NCBI GenBank assembly: GCA_044440125.1
Contig: JBITAJ010000022.1
Location: 160,001-224,000, forward strand
DNA from: Sedimentisphaeraceae bacterium JB056
GTDB taxonomy: Bacteria > Planctomycetota > Phycisphaerae > Sedimentisphaerales > Sedimentisphaeraceae
Reading direction: 5' to 3'
DNA length: 64,000 bases
Shown: positions 10,401 through 19,446 of the stretch, piece after piece
Position numbering within the stretch: the first letter of the stretch is position 1
Layout of the letters: each line of letters opens with the position of its first letter
Position numbers and translations under genes: made by a program
The notes under the pieces: generated by a model
Seen by the model: the letters and a program-made list of their open reading frames with translations, nothing else
What the model was told of the DNA's origin: nothing
Database searches by the model: none

Positions 10401-11155
10401 CCACCAAGATACCAGTCTCCAGCAACTGCCCCTACCGAATAGCAAAACATTATATTTCCGTTATTGTAGCCTGTTAAACCACCAAGAAATCTACCGGTTA
10501 CTCCCACACCTCCGCTAACATTTCCGGTACTGTAACTATTGGTAATAATACCTAAATTATGCCCCACTAAGCCGCCAATGTCACGGGTAGAGCCACTAAC
10601 ACTGACATCGCTATAACTGTTAACAATACCGCCATAATCGTTTCTACCAACGAGTCCACCAACATAGTATACACCATTGACATCACCTGTAATATTACTG
10701 TTAGCAATAAGGCCTTTGTTAGAACCTGCCACACCACCAACAGAACGGTCACCCAACAAACTGATATTTTTAATTTCAATATCTGACACCTTTGCACTAT
10801 TGCCAATGCATCCAAATAATCCAAGAAAATCATTAGATCCGCCATCAATAGTTAGCCCATTAACCGCATAGCCATTACCATCAAAAATGCCCGTAAACAT
10901 AGTTCCGTTAAAAACGCCGTTTGAAGTGTCCGTATTTGGTGCGATCGGAGCTGTTATATAAGTAATTCCACTCAAATCTATATCATTAACCAGAATATAG
11001 TGAGCGGCTAAATCATTATTCACTGACTCAATATCTGCTTTCGTCGCAATCTGATAAGGTGCATTTATTGAACCATCACCTCCGTTAAAAGCAATAGATA
11101 AATTCACATAATATAAAATAAAAGCAACTACTAATGATAATTTTATCACTTTCAT
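7493..11155 (-). CDS. Secreted GLUG-repeat surface protein with two InlB-B-like repeats and a C-terminal dockerin-like domain
   Basis: Signal peptide; three GxGxxxxPYxI starts; many VGGLVG.N repeats; YTVTF..GWLFIGWD repeats; GDANYDGVINLDD..WL and DYNYDGIVNLKD. Confidence 0.85.
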   Translation of the reverse strand: MKVIKLSLVVAFILYYVNLSIAFNGGDGSINAPYQIATKADIESVNNDLAAHYILVNDIDLSGITYITAPIAPNTDTSNGVFNGTMFTGIFDGNGYAVNGLTIDGGSNDFLGLFGCIGNSAKVSDIEIKNISLLGDRSVGGVAGSNKGLIANSNITGDVNGVYYVGGLVGRNDYGGIVNSYSDVSVSGSTRDIGGLVGHNLGIITNSYSTGNVSGGVGVTGRFLGGLTGYNNGNIMFCYSVGAVAGDWYLGGLAGCNDGNVAHCYSTGSVQGGAYKGGLIGAGSNGTESGCFWDTQTSGMTYSSSGTGKTTDQLQTLSTFADAGWNFLGETVNGIGNTWQMPLAGGYPQLTAFSDYNPTVLTGDGSVAKPFQITSAVELAAINNYDISANYTLLNDIDMSAINCKTAIIYCFDGSFNGNGFAIKNMNIFGGGYSGLFSYLTTNASINVNIDNCNVTGSALVGALAAENHGNIMDSCCNGTVIGSENVGALVGRNWGNISYCSSEVSVDGTSENVGGLVGENRGNISDSFNSGSVTGSDNIGGLVGYNYEGRINDSSNSGNVSGNDFIGGMIGLSATAEGNIENSYSSGIITGNNNVGGLIGSTYRDTIAESYSIAEVYGDNNVGGLIGESKGWSMISKSYFAGRVLGQQNNVGGLVGINNYGRIYSSFNVGSVDGGTNVGSLSGYVSECEFSGSYSAGIINGISNTGGLIGYNKGWARVYDCFWNEEVSGVQTTSGAGTGLSTSQMKIQSTFPSYRWDFNNTWIMSDVDSDYSGYPILIWQTLDTTPLYTVTFNLGNGGTRIGGGELIQTVEERDPAIAPEVDSVYGWLFIGWDKSFDMITSDLTVNARYERMSFTVIFDLGEHGNIESGSLIQSVAFQTGATAPVIAADEGWYFAGWNGDFTNVVKDITIQAKYRERFNGKDGIEEPLEVLLADELLYISENSEYWNLDVVLEGDIDCSGIYLLPIGSLEIPFSGEFNGCGHTITNLELDFCDNPAQGLFGVVGTGGVIQNLGVEADIVAARYFNFDSGIIAGQNQGMISCCRSYGSVEGYITVGGIAGYNVGRINDCYSFADCSAYFAAGFVGENAGELRNCYTFEAIVSIDDGTLDGCLTLDPANPCLLETFGWDTVNNNEDGRMDCWFQYDQESPRLFWEAEPGDANYDGVINLDDIAVMIGWWLESNQNLPADIRLQNDYNYDGIVNLKDVIVLVNGINDYAAME

Positions 11156-11450
11156 AACAATAAACTCCTAATATACAAAATCTGAAAAATTGAGATACCT
11201 GGTAAAACGCGTGCATGCCAAGATCTGCTCTCATACCCGTAAGACCATGCATCATCCTGATTAATAAAAGAACAACAGCTTGTTGATGTGTATACAAAAC
11301 AAGCAATTGCAAAATACCCAATATTATAGGATTAAAACAAAATTCCAATAAAAAGCAAGTTAGAATTCTTTTTCGAATAATTTTTAAGAAAAAACTCCAA
11401 AGAAACAGAATGTAAACATTTCAGATTGCTTCTTTGACTATAACCCCTTC

Positions 11451-12650
11451 TTATCCTTTTAGCTTCCAGATTAGCGACATTAATCCCAGCATTATCGCTG
11501 AAAAGGTGCTTGTAAGCAAAGATATGTTTATACCAAGGCCGTGATCTGCCAGTACTCCTATTATTGACGGTGTAATAAAAGAAGCGATGCACATACTTGC
11601 ACCCAGATAACCGTACATGTGTGCTCGTATCGCATGAAATTGCTCTGGAATAAGTGCCAGAAGGCAAGGCGCAGTTACCGACACCCCTATTCCCCCGATT
11701 GCAATAGCAGCAACAGTTATCCAAAATGTAGGAGCAAACATTGCGAACGACAATATTACTCCACCAATTATTGTACTTAATCCAAGCAGCATACGTATAC
11801 TTAGGTTTGAGAGTCCACCGGCCAAAGCGAATCTGCCTATTGCAAGGCCCAGTGCAAATCCGGTAAAGGTGAGCGAGCCGTAGAAATCCGTAACCTGAAA
11901 TCGCTGCTGTACCATAGGGTTTACCCATGATATTATTCCAACCAACATGCTGCCGTGGCAATACCCCATGAACAATACGGCAAAACATCCGAAAACATTC
12001 TTCTTCTCATGAATCTTTTGATCGTCTTTCAACTCAATATTGTTTTTTTCATCAAAGTCGGCTTTTTTCATTATAGGCTTTGCAAGCCTGCCTCCCCAAA
12101 ACAGTACTGCAAACAACCCCAAAGCTTCTACAGCATACGGGCCGAGAAACATCATCCTTCCCAGCCCATTCCTATCTGCATACTCAACCCACAAGCCAAG
12201 CAAAGGTGTGCTTATCGCAGATGATGCAAACCACAAACCTGAAGCAAATGCCATAACGCGAAGATTGTTATCCCTAAAAGCTCCGCCTAAATATGTGTTA
12301 TTAGCATTGAGGGTAAGAACGTGCATCACGCCCAAAAGAAATAATGGAATGAAAACAGTCCAAAACCCCTGAGAGAAGAATATAAGCAATATAGACGCGA
12401 TGCTGCCAATGATGCCAACCTTCCAGATACGCCATAATCCCATCTGGTCAGAAATTCGTCCAATTCTCATGCACATCAGCAATGCGCCAAGAGACAATGC
12501 ACTTAATATCAACCCTAATTGGGTATTTGTGAGATGAAAGAACCGTTGCATAGGCGGTCCGCATACCCAACCGGTAACCTTGCAGACCTCTATCACAATA
12601 TAAGTTGCAAATATTATAGCAATAGGGTTTTTCTTCACAATCTTGACCAT
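11451..12650 (-). CDS. MFS transporter
   Basis: About 12 hydrophobic segments; GRISDQMG motif A. Confidence 0.8.
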   Translation of the reverse strand: MVKIVKKNPIAIIFATYIVIEVCKVTGWVCGPPMQRFFHLTNTQLGLILSALSLGALLMCMRIGRISDQMGLWRIWKVGIIGSIASILLIFFSQGFWTVFIPLFLLGVMHVLTLNANNTYLGGAFRDNNLRVMAFASGLWFASSAISTPLLGLWVEYADRNGLGRMMFLGPYAVEALGLFAVLFWGGRLAKPIMKKADFDEKNNIELKDDQKIHEKKNVFGCFAVLFMGYCHGSMLVGIISWVNPMVQQRFQVTDFYGSLTFTGFALGLAIGRFALAGGLSNLSIRMLLGLSTIIGGVILSFAMFAPTFWITVAAIAIGGIGVSVTAPCLLALIPEQFHAIRAHMYGYLGASMCIASFITPSIIGVLADHGLGINISLLTSTFSAIMLGLMSLIWKLKG

Positions 12651-12815
12651 ATCAAATATTCATTGAAATATCATCGCCAGTATTTGATGCTGTGGAATTA
12701 TCAGGCCGTTATTTTAAAATACAATGACGTCAAACCACGCCAAGAACATTAATATCACCCAAGCTTCATGGTTATAGTTGCGTGAGATACTTCTGGCTCT
12801 GAAACAAAACTCAAG

Positions 12816-13433
12816 TCATGCTCTTATTATATCGGCTATCTTCATCAGACGACTTGTATTGTCTCTCTCAGCTTCGCTGAGTTTGTCTGCTATGTACCTG
12901 ATAGTCTCTCCGAGCTCAGGTATCAGAACGTGTTCAAGTACATTGACTCTTCGACGAGTCATCTGCAAGTCTGTCGCAAGGAGTTTTGCCTGTTTCTCTT
13001 TTTCGGCAAGTTCAATAAGTTTGTCAAAGACCTTCTCGAGTGAAAGCAACGCGATATCAAGCTCAGGGCTGGTAGATCCGTACCCATAACTGATAATACT
13101 GCCTTCTATATCCTTGTCAAGCTCAGGAACCTTCACATTCATAATTGTAGCAAACTTGACAGCAAGCTCAAAACGTTTTGTTGGAACATCCATGGCCGCT
13201 CTTATATCCTCCGGCTCCATAGTAGCTCTTGCCATCATAAAACGTCGAAAAGTATCAAGAAGACCTTTCTCAACCTCTTTTCTAAGAGGCGATATGTTTC
13301 GCGATATCTGCACAAGCTGCCGGGAAAGCTCATCACGTTTCTGGCTAAGCAGCTTATGTCCGCGGCGGGCGAGCTCTACACGCCTGCGAAGACCAAGCAT
13401 CTCCATTCTTGTAGCATTTACATTTGCCTTCAT
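12816..13433 (-). CDS. atpD: V/A-type ATP synthase subunit D
   Basis: TRMEM...RGHKLL..KRDEL and TRRRVNVLEH; last gene of the operon. Confidence 0.95.
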   Translation of the reverse strand: MKANVNATRMEMLGLRRRVELARRGHKLLSQKRDELSRQLVQISRNISPLRKEVEKGLLDTFRRFMMARATMEPEDIRAAMDVPTKRFELAVKFATIMNVKVPELDKDIEGSIISYGYGSTSPELDIALLSLEKVFDKLIELAEKEKQAKLLATDLQMTRRRVNVLEHVLIPELGETIRYIADKLSEAERDNTSRLMKIADIIRA

Positions 13434-13521
13434 CTAATCATTAACCCCGCTCTAAGAACAGCACTAACCATTTCTCGCCTATTATCTTGATTTGTATTTG
13501 CCATCATCTGATCACAGCCTG

Positions 13522-14901
13522 TTACTTTCTGAACTTCGGCATATACTTCTCAATAAGCTCCGTGTCAATACGTTTGAGTTCACCGTCATCAAATACACTC
13601 AGAAGTTCCCAGCCAAGGTCAAGAGTATCAAAAACAGTTCTGTTCTCAGCATATCCCTGTGAGATATATCTCGCTTCAAACTCATCTGCAAATTTCATAT
13701 ATTTGAGATCTTCAGGACTCAAAGCAGCTTCGCCGAGAATAGTAGCAAGTTCCTGAGATTCCTTACCTCTTGCATAGGCAGCATAAAGCTGATTGTACAG
13801 ATCGGCATGATCTTCTCGTGTCTTGCCGTCACCAATACCCTTATCCTTCAGTCGTGAAAGACTTGGCAGAACATCCACCGGAGGAAGAACACCCTTACGA
13901 TACAATGAACGACTCATGATAATCTGCCCTTCAGTAATATAACCTGTAAGGTCAGGAACCGGGTGAGTCTTATCATCTTCAGGCATAGTCAAAACCGGTA
14001 CCATCGTAATAGAACCGTTCTTACCTTTGATTCTTCCGGCACGTTCATATATGGTTGCAAGGTCTGTATAAAGATAACCAGGATAACCACGTCGTCCCGG
14101 AACCTCTTTACGTGCAGCACTAATTTCGCGAAGAGCTTCACAATAGTTGGTCATGTCATTGAGAATAACCAGAACCTGCATATCTCTTTCAAATGCAAGA
14201 TATTCTGCAGCAGTAAGAGCAACACGAGGTGTAGCGATTCTCTCAATAGCAGGGTCATTAGCAAGATTGATAAACAGAACAGCTCTTTCAATCGCGCCTG
14301 TACTTGTCAAATCATTAATGAAAAACTGTGCGGCCTCAAAGGTAATACCCATTGCCGCAAAAACAACCGCAAACTCTTCACCTTCACCCAAAACAGTTGC
14401 CTGACGGGCAAGCTGGGCAGTAATTTCATCATGCGGCAAACCTGAGCCTGAGAAAATAGGAAGCTTCTGACCACGAACCAAGGGGTTCAATCCATCAATA
14501 GTTGAGATACCCGTTTGAATAAATTCATTTGGATAATCACGACTGAACGGGTTGATTGGGCTGCCGTTAATATTAAGCCTTTTATCAGCAATAATAGCCG
14601 GGCCATTATCCGCCGGCTGACCTGTACCGGTAAATACACGGCCAAGTATATCAGGCGATACAGCAAGTTCCTGCGGCTTGCCAAGCAAACGCACCGTAGT
14701 GTCATCAGTATCAACACCTTCGGTACCTTCAAAAACCTGTACCAGCACACGGTTGCCGTCAACCTGCAATATCTGTCCATGCCGGATGCTGCCGTCACGA
14801 AGCTCTATATCTACAATATGACCATATTTGGCATTATCAACTGACTCTACCAACATCAAAGGTCCTGCTATACTTGATACGGTCTTATATTCTTTTAACA
14901 T
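13522..14901 (-). CDS. atpB: V/A-type ATP synthase subunit B
   Basis: [40 protein letters not shown]. Confidence 0.98.
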   Translation of the reverse strand: MLKEYKTVSSIAGPLMLVESVDNAKYGHIVDIELRDGSIRHGQILQVDGNRVLVQVFEGTEGVDTDDTTVRLLGKPQELAVSPDILGRVFTGTGQPADNGPAIIADKRLNINGSPINPFSRDYPNEFIQTGISTIDGLNPLVRGQKLPIFSGSGLPHDEITAQLARQATVLGEGEEFAVVFAAMGITFEAAQFFINDLTSTGAIERAVLFINLANDPAIERIATPRVALTAAEYLAFERDMQVLVILNDMTNYCEALREISAARKEVPGRRGYPGYLYTDLATIYERAGRIKGKNGSITMVPVLTMPEDDKTHPVPDLTGYITEGQIIMSRSLYRKGVLPPVDVLPSLSRLKDKGIGDGKTREDHADLYNQLYAAYARGKESQELATILGEAALSPEDLKYMKFADEFEARYISQGYAENRTVFDTLDLGWELLSVFDDGELKRIDTELIEKYMPKFRK

Positions 14902-14983
14902 TTTTACTCCTGTTCAGGGGATAAATAAACGGGACAAATTTAATATCATCCTATTTAATTTTCTCAATCATGCAAGCTTTCCG

Positions 14984-16747
14984 CTATTTAAGGTCAGCGA
15001 ATTGCTTATCTATAGCTTTCTCTATTGCCTCTATCTTTTCAATCTCTTCTTCAGGGATATACTTACATCTTGCAATCTCTTCACGCACAGAAAGGCTGAA
15101 GATATCCTTCGTATCAATATCACGTTCTATTGCCTCGATTCCCTTTGCGTGGAAATGAAGTATGAGCTTGAGCATAAGATACTGTTTAGGTAAAGAGGTG
15201 AATGTATCAACCTTATGGAATGCGTTCTGGTGCAGATAATCCTCTCGAATACTCTTTGAAGTTTCAAGAGCCATCCTGTCTTTTGCACCAATAGCCTCGG
15301 CACCAACAAGACGAACAATCTCAACCAGTGATGCTTCCTGCTCAAGAAGCTGCATTGACTGGGTTATCATATGGTCCATTTTCTCCGCCATATCCTTATC
15401 ATCAAAGCATTCCTTGAGATACTGCTTATAGAAAGAATAGCTTGTCAGCCAGTCTATAGCAGGGAAATGCCTTTGCTGGGCAAGACGTGCCTGAAGTGAC
15501 CAGAAAACCTTAACAACATGCAAGGTTGCCTGAACAACTGAGTCGGACAAGTCACCACCAGGAGGACTGACAGCTCCAATGATTGAAACAGCACCTTCTC
15601 TTTGCGGGCTTCCAAGGCATTCTATTCTTCCACCACGCTCATAGAAAGATGCGATTCTTGCGCCAAGATAGGCCGGATAACCTTCCTCGGCAGGCATCTC
15701 TTCCAATCGAGTTGAAATCTCACGCATAGCCTCAGCCCATCGGCTTGTACTATCGGCCATAAGTGCAACCTTATAACCCATATCACGGTAATATTCCGCA
15801 ATAGTAATACCCGTATACACTGACGCTTCACGTGCGGCCACCGGCATATCGGAAGTGTTGGCAATAAGTACAACACGCTCCATAAGCGGCTTGCCCGTTT
15901 TGGGGTCCGTCAGTTCAGGGAACTCGGTAAGAACATCTGTCATTTCATTACCGCGCTCACCACATCCTATATAAACAACGACATCGGCATCAATCCATTT
16001 GGCAAGCTGATGCTGCACAACAGTCTTACCGGTACCGAAAGGCCCAGGCACACAAGCTGTACCACCTACAGCCAATGGGAAGAAAGTATCTATAACCCTC
16101 TGGCCGCTTATCATCGCACGATTAGGCGACAATCTGTTCTTGTTTGCTCTGGGACTACGTACAGGGCATTTCTGCATAAGCTGAACAGGCGTCTCATTTC
16201 CATCAGCATCAACAATCACAGCAATGTCTTCGGTTACTGTAAATTCTCCGCTTTCAATGGACTTCAATGTACCGCTTATCTTTGGCGGAACCATTATTTT
16301 ATGCAGGAGCAATGAACTTTCCTGCACCTGCCCCAATACATCGCCGCCTGAGACTTTATCGCCTTCATTAGCCAATGCTTCAAAGGTCCATTTCTTGTCT
16401 CTATCAAGCCCTGGCAGATCATTTCCTCGACTTATATAACTGCCTTCCGATTCATAAAGAGCCTGCAAAGGCCTCTGAATACCATCGTAAATATTAGAGA
16501 TCAGCCCCGGGCCTAATTCCACGCTAAGTGGAGCACCGGAATTAACAACAGGCTCACCCGGTCCAACGCCGACCGTATCCTCATAAACCTGGATACTGGC
16601 CCTGCCGCTATCCAGCTCAACAATCTCGCCAATGAGATTATCTTCACCAACGCGTACAACGTCGTACATCTTGGCTTTTGCCATTCCTTCAGCCGTAACA
16701 ACCGGCCCCGCCACTTTTACTACTGTTCCCTGTCCAAGTTCTGCCAT
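14984..16747 (-). CDS. atpA: V/A-type ATP synthase catalytic subunit A
   Basis: GPFGTGKT P-loop, GCGERGNE, MPAEEGYPAYL. Confidence 0.98.
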   Translation of the reverse strand: MAELGQGTVVKVAGPVVTAEGMAKAKMYDVVRVGEDNLIGEIVELDSGRASIQVYEDTVGVGPGEPVVNSGAPLSVELGPGLISNIYDGIQRPLQALYESEGSYISRGNDLPGLDRDKKWTFEALANEGDKVSGGDVLGQVQESSLLLHKIMVPPKISGTLKSIESGEFTVTEDIAVIVDADGNETPVQLMQKCPVRSPRANKNRLSPNRAMISGQRVIDTFFPLAVGGTACVPGPFGTGKTVVQHQLAKWIDADVVVYIGCGERGNEMTDVLTEFPELTDPKTGKPLMERVVLIANTSDMPVAAREASVYTGITIAEYYRDMGYKVALMADSTSRWAEAMREISTRLEEMPAEEGYPAYLGARIASFYERGGRIECLGSPQREGAVSIIGAVSPPGGDLSDSVVQATLHVVKVFWSLQARLAQQRHFPAIDWLTSYSFYKQYLKECFDDKDMAEKMDHMITQSMQLLEQEASLVEIVRLVGAEAIGAKDRMALETSKSIREDYLHQNAFHKVDTFTSLPKQYLMLKLILHFHAKGIEAIERDIDTKDIFSLSVREEIARCKYIPEEEIEKIEAIEKAIDKQFADLK

Positions 16748-16797
16748 ATTATAATATCCTGTAATTCTTTTCTTAAAGTTCAGGCTTTTCTAACTTA

Positions 16798-17118
16798 TCA
16801 TGTAGTCACTATATCAATACCTGTCGCAAGCTTTAATGCTCTGGCAAGCTCGGCAACAGCAAATCCTTCAGGTTCTTTGGTGAAAGGCACTACTACAACG
16901 CAAGGCAACGATTCCTTGTCGACCTCATCAAAGATGTCCTTAGCGCTGTGCGCAACATCCTCTGCTACAACTACAAGAGAGAACTTTTCTTCCAGAATCT
17001 TCCTGGCACTCTCCCGTATCTGCTCCGCTTCATTTTCAACCGGAAAGCTGCTCAGACCAAGTGCCGTAAAAGGCATAACAAAGTCCGCGTTTCCAAGTGC
17101 TGCCGCTTTACCTGTCAT
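16798..17118 (-). CDS. atpF: V/A-type ATP synthase subunit F
   Basis: 106 aa, A.LG...V.PF..LG N-terminus, ATGID C-terminus; lies between C and A. Confidence 0.9.
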   Translation of the reverse strand: MTGKAAALGNADFVMPFTALGLSSFPVENEAEQIRESARKILEEKFSLVVVAEDVAHSAKDIFDEVDKESLPCVVVVPFTKEPEGFAVAELARALKLATGIDIVTT

Positions 17119-17141
17119 CTAAATCAAACCCTTCATAAATA

Positions 17142-18173
17142 TTAAACTCCCAGCCTGTCAAGAATAAGCTGTTTATCCAGCATATTGCTCTTGGCGGTGA
17201 GTACCATTCTTATTTTTCTAATCTGTTCTGATTTCCTGAAATAATAACTGATCGCCGGCTGGATTCCTGCCGTTATCTGGCCTGAAAGCTCGCAGCATTC
17301 ATCCATATATTTGTCACATAACGATTCAAGTCGCAAAAATGAATTCTGTCTGTTCAAATAATCAATACCAGCCTCGATCAATGCTCCATATGGAGTTGCA
17401 TAACAGATATTCGCAAACTGATCAAGCCCGCCAAGCAGAGCAGATTTAAGCTTATCAATATCAATAAATCCACCATCTATAAAGCCATCCATTGAGTCGC
17501 TTTCGATAAGCTTCTTACGCATAACTGTCTTGATATTGGTAAGATCAGCACGAACCTTAGCCAATCCGTATAAATATGTGCTGTCGGCACTGGATGCCAA
17601 ATCAATCAAAGCATCAAATTCGGCCTGATCAACAACATGATCGATATCGCGTATATCTTTATCCTGATAGTAAGCAAGTATGCCTTCCTCTATTGCCGCC
17701 TGCATATGCTTGGGTAAAAAGCTGTAGTCGTTGTGCTCGAATACTGTTTCGTATACATCCGGTGCTTCACTTCCACCAAGACAATAATCAGTTCCTATCG
17801 GCTTCTCAGTTACAAACCGTCTTAAGGCAAGCCTAAGATTTGACATATCTATCATTATGCAGGGAAGCTGAGAAACAGGGCTGTCGCTTAGAAGGTCTTT
17901 GAAAAAAGCCAATAGCTCCTGCCTACGTTCGGCAAGCATATTTTCGACTTCAGCAAGAGACACTTTACTTTGCCCTAAAGAATACTCACTGCCCGAAAGC
18001 ATCTCAACCGCACTGCCAAGATCCGCTGAAGAAGCCATATCCTGAAAAACAGAATCTGACAGCAGATCAGTCTCCATTGAGCGAATCAACGCCGCCTGAA
18101 AAGCAAAATGCCAGTCATCTCCGCCAACATCAGGGAGCATAGCAATATTTATTTCATTAGTAAAAACAGTCAT
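17142..18173 (-). CDS. atpC: V/A-type ATP synthase subunit C/d
   Basis: 343 aa helical protein, D..N repeats, operon position. Confidence 0.85.
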   Translation of the reverse strand: MTVFTNEINIAMLPDVGGDDWHFAFQAALIRSMETDLLSDSVFQDMASSADLGSAVEMLSGSEYSLGQSKVSLAEVENMLAERRQELLAFFKDLLSDSPVSQLPCIMIDMSNLRLALRRFVTEKPIGTDYCLGGSEAPDVYETVFEHNDYSFLPKHMQAAIEEGILAYYQDKDIRDIDHVVDQAEFDALIDLASSADSTYLYGLAKVRADLTNIKTVMRKKLIESDSMDGFIDGGFIDIDKLKSALLGGLDQFANICYATPYGALIEAGIDYLNRQNSFLRLESLCDKYMDECCELSGQITAGIQPAISYYFRKSEQIRKIRMVLTAKSNMLDKQLILDRLGV

Positions 18174-18202
18174 TATTAAACGTTTCCTCTTCAGGCAAGA
18201 TT

Positions 18203-18796
18203 CTATTGTGCAAAAAGCTCTGTAGCAATAGTAGTTTCAAGGCTTTCCCTTGCCATCTGAAGCAGTACACTAACAGATATGTTAACCCTGACATCACCAC
18301 GTTTCAAGACCACGCCTCTGTCAAAATCTCCTCTTTCCTGAGAAAATGTCAGATTTGAAGCCTTCTCAAAACCCGGGTCAGCGTTAATCTCTTCCGTTAA
18401 TGATGCATCAATCACATCTTCCTTGCGTCCGGCAATAACAACCTCATCTCCATTTTCAACAGCAGAGGATATGAGCTTCTTATATAAATTCCTGTAAGAA
18501 TCCCTGTCGGTATCCAGAAGTTTCTGACGAGCGTTCTCAAATACCTCAGCAAGCACCTTCTGCTTTGATGACAATATATCTTTCCTGCTCTTCATACGCG
18601 CCGACGCAAGTATTCTTTGCTTCTTATCATCTGCTGCATTCTTGGCAAGAGTCTCGCTTTGCTTATCAAAATCAGCCAACAGTTTTTCCGTTTCTTCATT
18701 AAATTCAGAAACTTCCTGCTCAGCCTTTTTGATTATGGCATCAGCCTCTTCTCTGGCCTCAGACAATATCTTTTCGATAACTTCTTTAGCTTCCAT
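18203..18796 (-). CDS. atpE: V/A-type ATP synthase subunit E
   Basis: Charged coiled-coil N-terminus, RGVVL..G...N C-terminus. Confidence 0.9.
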   Translation of the reverse strand: MEAKEVIEKILSEAREEADAIIKKAEQEVSEFNEETEKLLADFDKQSETLAKNAADDKKQRILASARMKSRKDILSSKQKVLAEVFENARQKLLDTDRDSYRNLYKKLISSAVENGDEVVIAGRKEDVIDASLTEEINADPGFEKASNLTFSQERGDFDRGVVLKRGDVRVNISVSVLLQMARESLETTIATELFAQ

Positions 18797-18878
18797 AGTT
18801 CATTCCGATCAAACCGGTATCACCGGCTGGTATTATCAACTTTATACGAGGGTATTACCCAACAATCTATCAACCGTA

Positions 18879-19391
18879 TCAAACTCCGGCTGCAACCTTA
18901 AGGTCTGTCCAGTTGACACCCTTAAGATAGATAAGAATCTGAATAACAAGACCAAACAAAGCATAAAGTTCAACCATAACGGCATACATAACACCGGCTT
19001 TAATAGCCATTTCCTGGCGTTTTGCAGCCATGAGAATACCGGCGGCACAAACACGGCCCTGATATATACCACTTACAAGACCTGAAACACCCATAGCCAA
19101 ACATGCGGCAAGAAGGATCAAACCGTCCCACAGGCTAAGAGGCAACAACTGTCCGCCAAAAGCACCCATATTAAACATAACCAGAAGTGCACCTACAAGG
19201 CCGTAAATACCCTGCGTACTGGGCAAAGCGACCAAAAGAAGGTTTGTTGTATAACGTTCCGGTTTGTCAGCAAGAACACCCGCGGCTGCACGACCGGCAG
19301 CGCCGATACCGATAGCCGAACCTGATCCGGCGAGAAACACCGACAACGCTACTCCTACAAAAGCTATTGCACTACCAATACCGATTTCCAT
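18879..19391 (-). CDS. atpK: V/A-type ATP synthase subunit K (4-TM proteolipid)
   Basis: GSAIG, LPSTQGIYG, QGRV.AAG, MVELYA, which match Enterococcus hirae NtpK. Confidence 0.95.
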   Translation of the reverse strand: MEIGIGSAIAFVGVALSVFLAGSGSAIGIGAAGRAAAGVLADKPERYTTNLLLVALPSTQGIYGLVGALLVMFNMGAFGGQLLPLSLWDGLILLAACLAMGVSGLVSGIYQGRVCAAGILMAAKRQEMAIKAGVMYAVMVELYALFGLVIQILIYLKGVNWTDLKVAAGV

Positions 19392-19446
19392 TTTTAGTTA
19401 TCCTTTCAAAAAACTTTCTATTCTGCTTATCAATTGTTAGTAAATT

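Noticed and set aside
14984..16747. Intein in V-ATPase subunit A
   Set aside because: Length is normal and the sequence around GCGERGNE and the P-loop is uninterrupted
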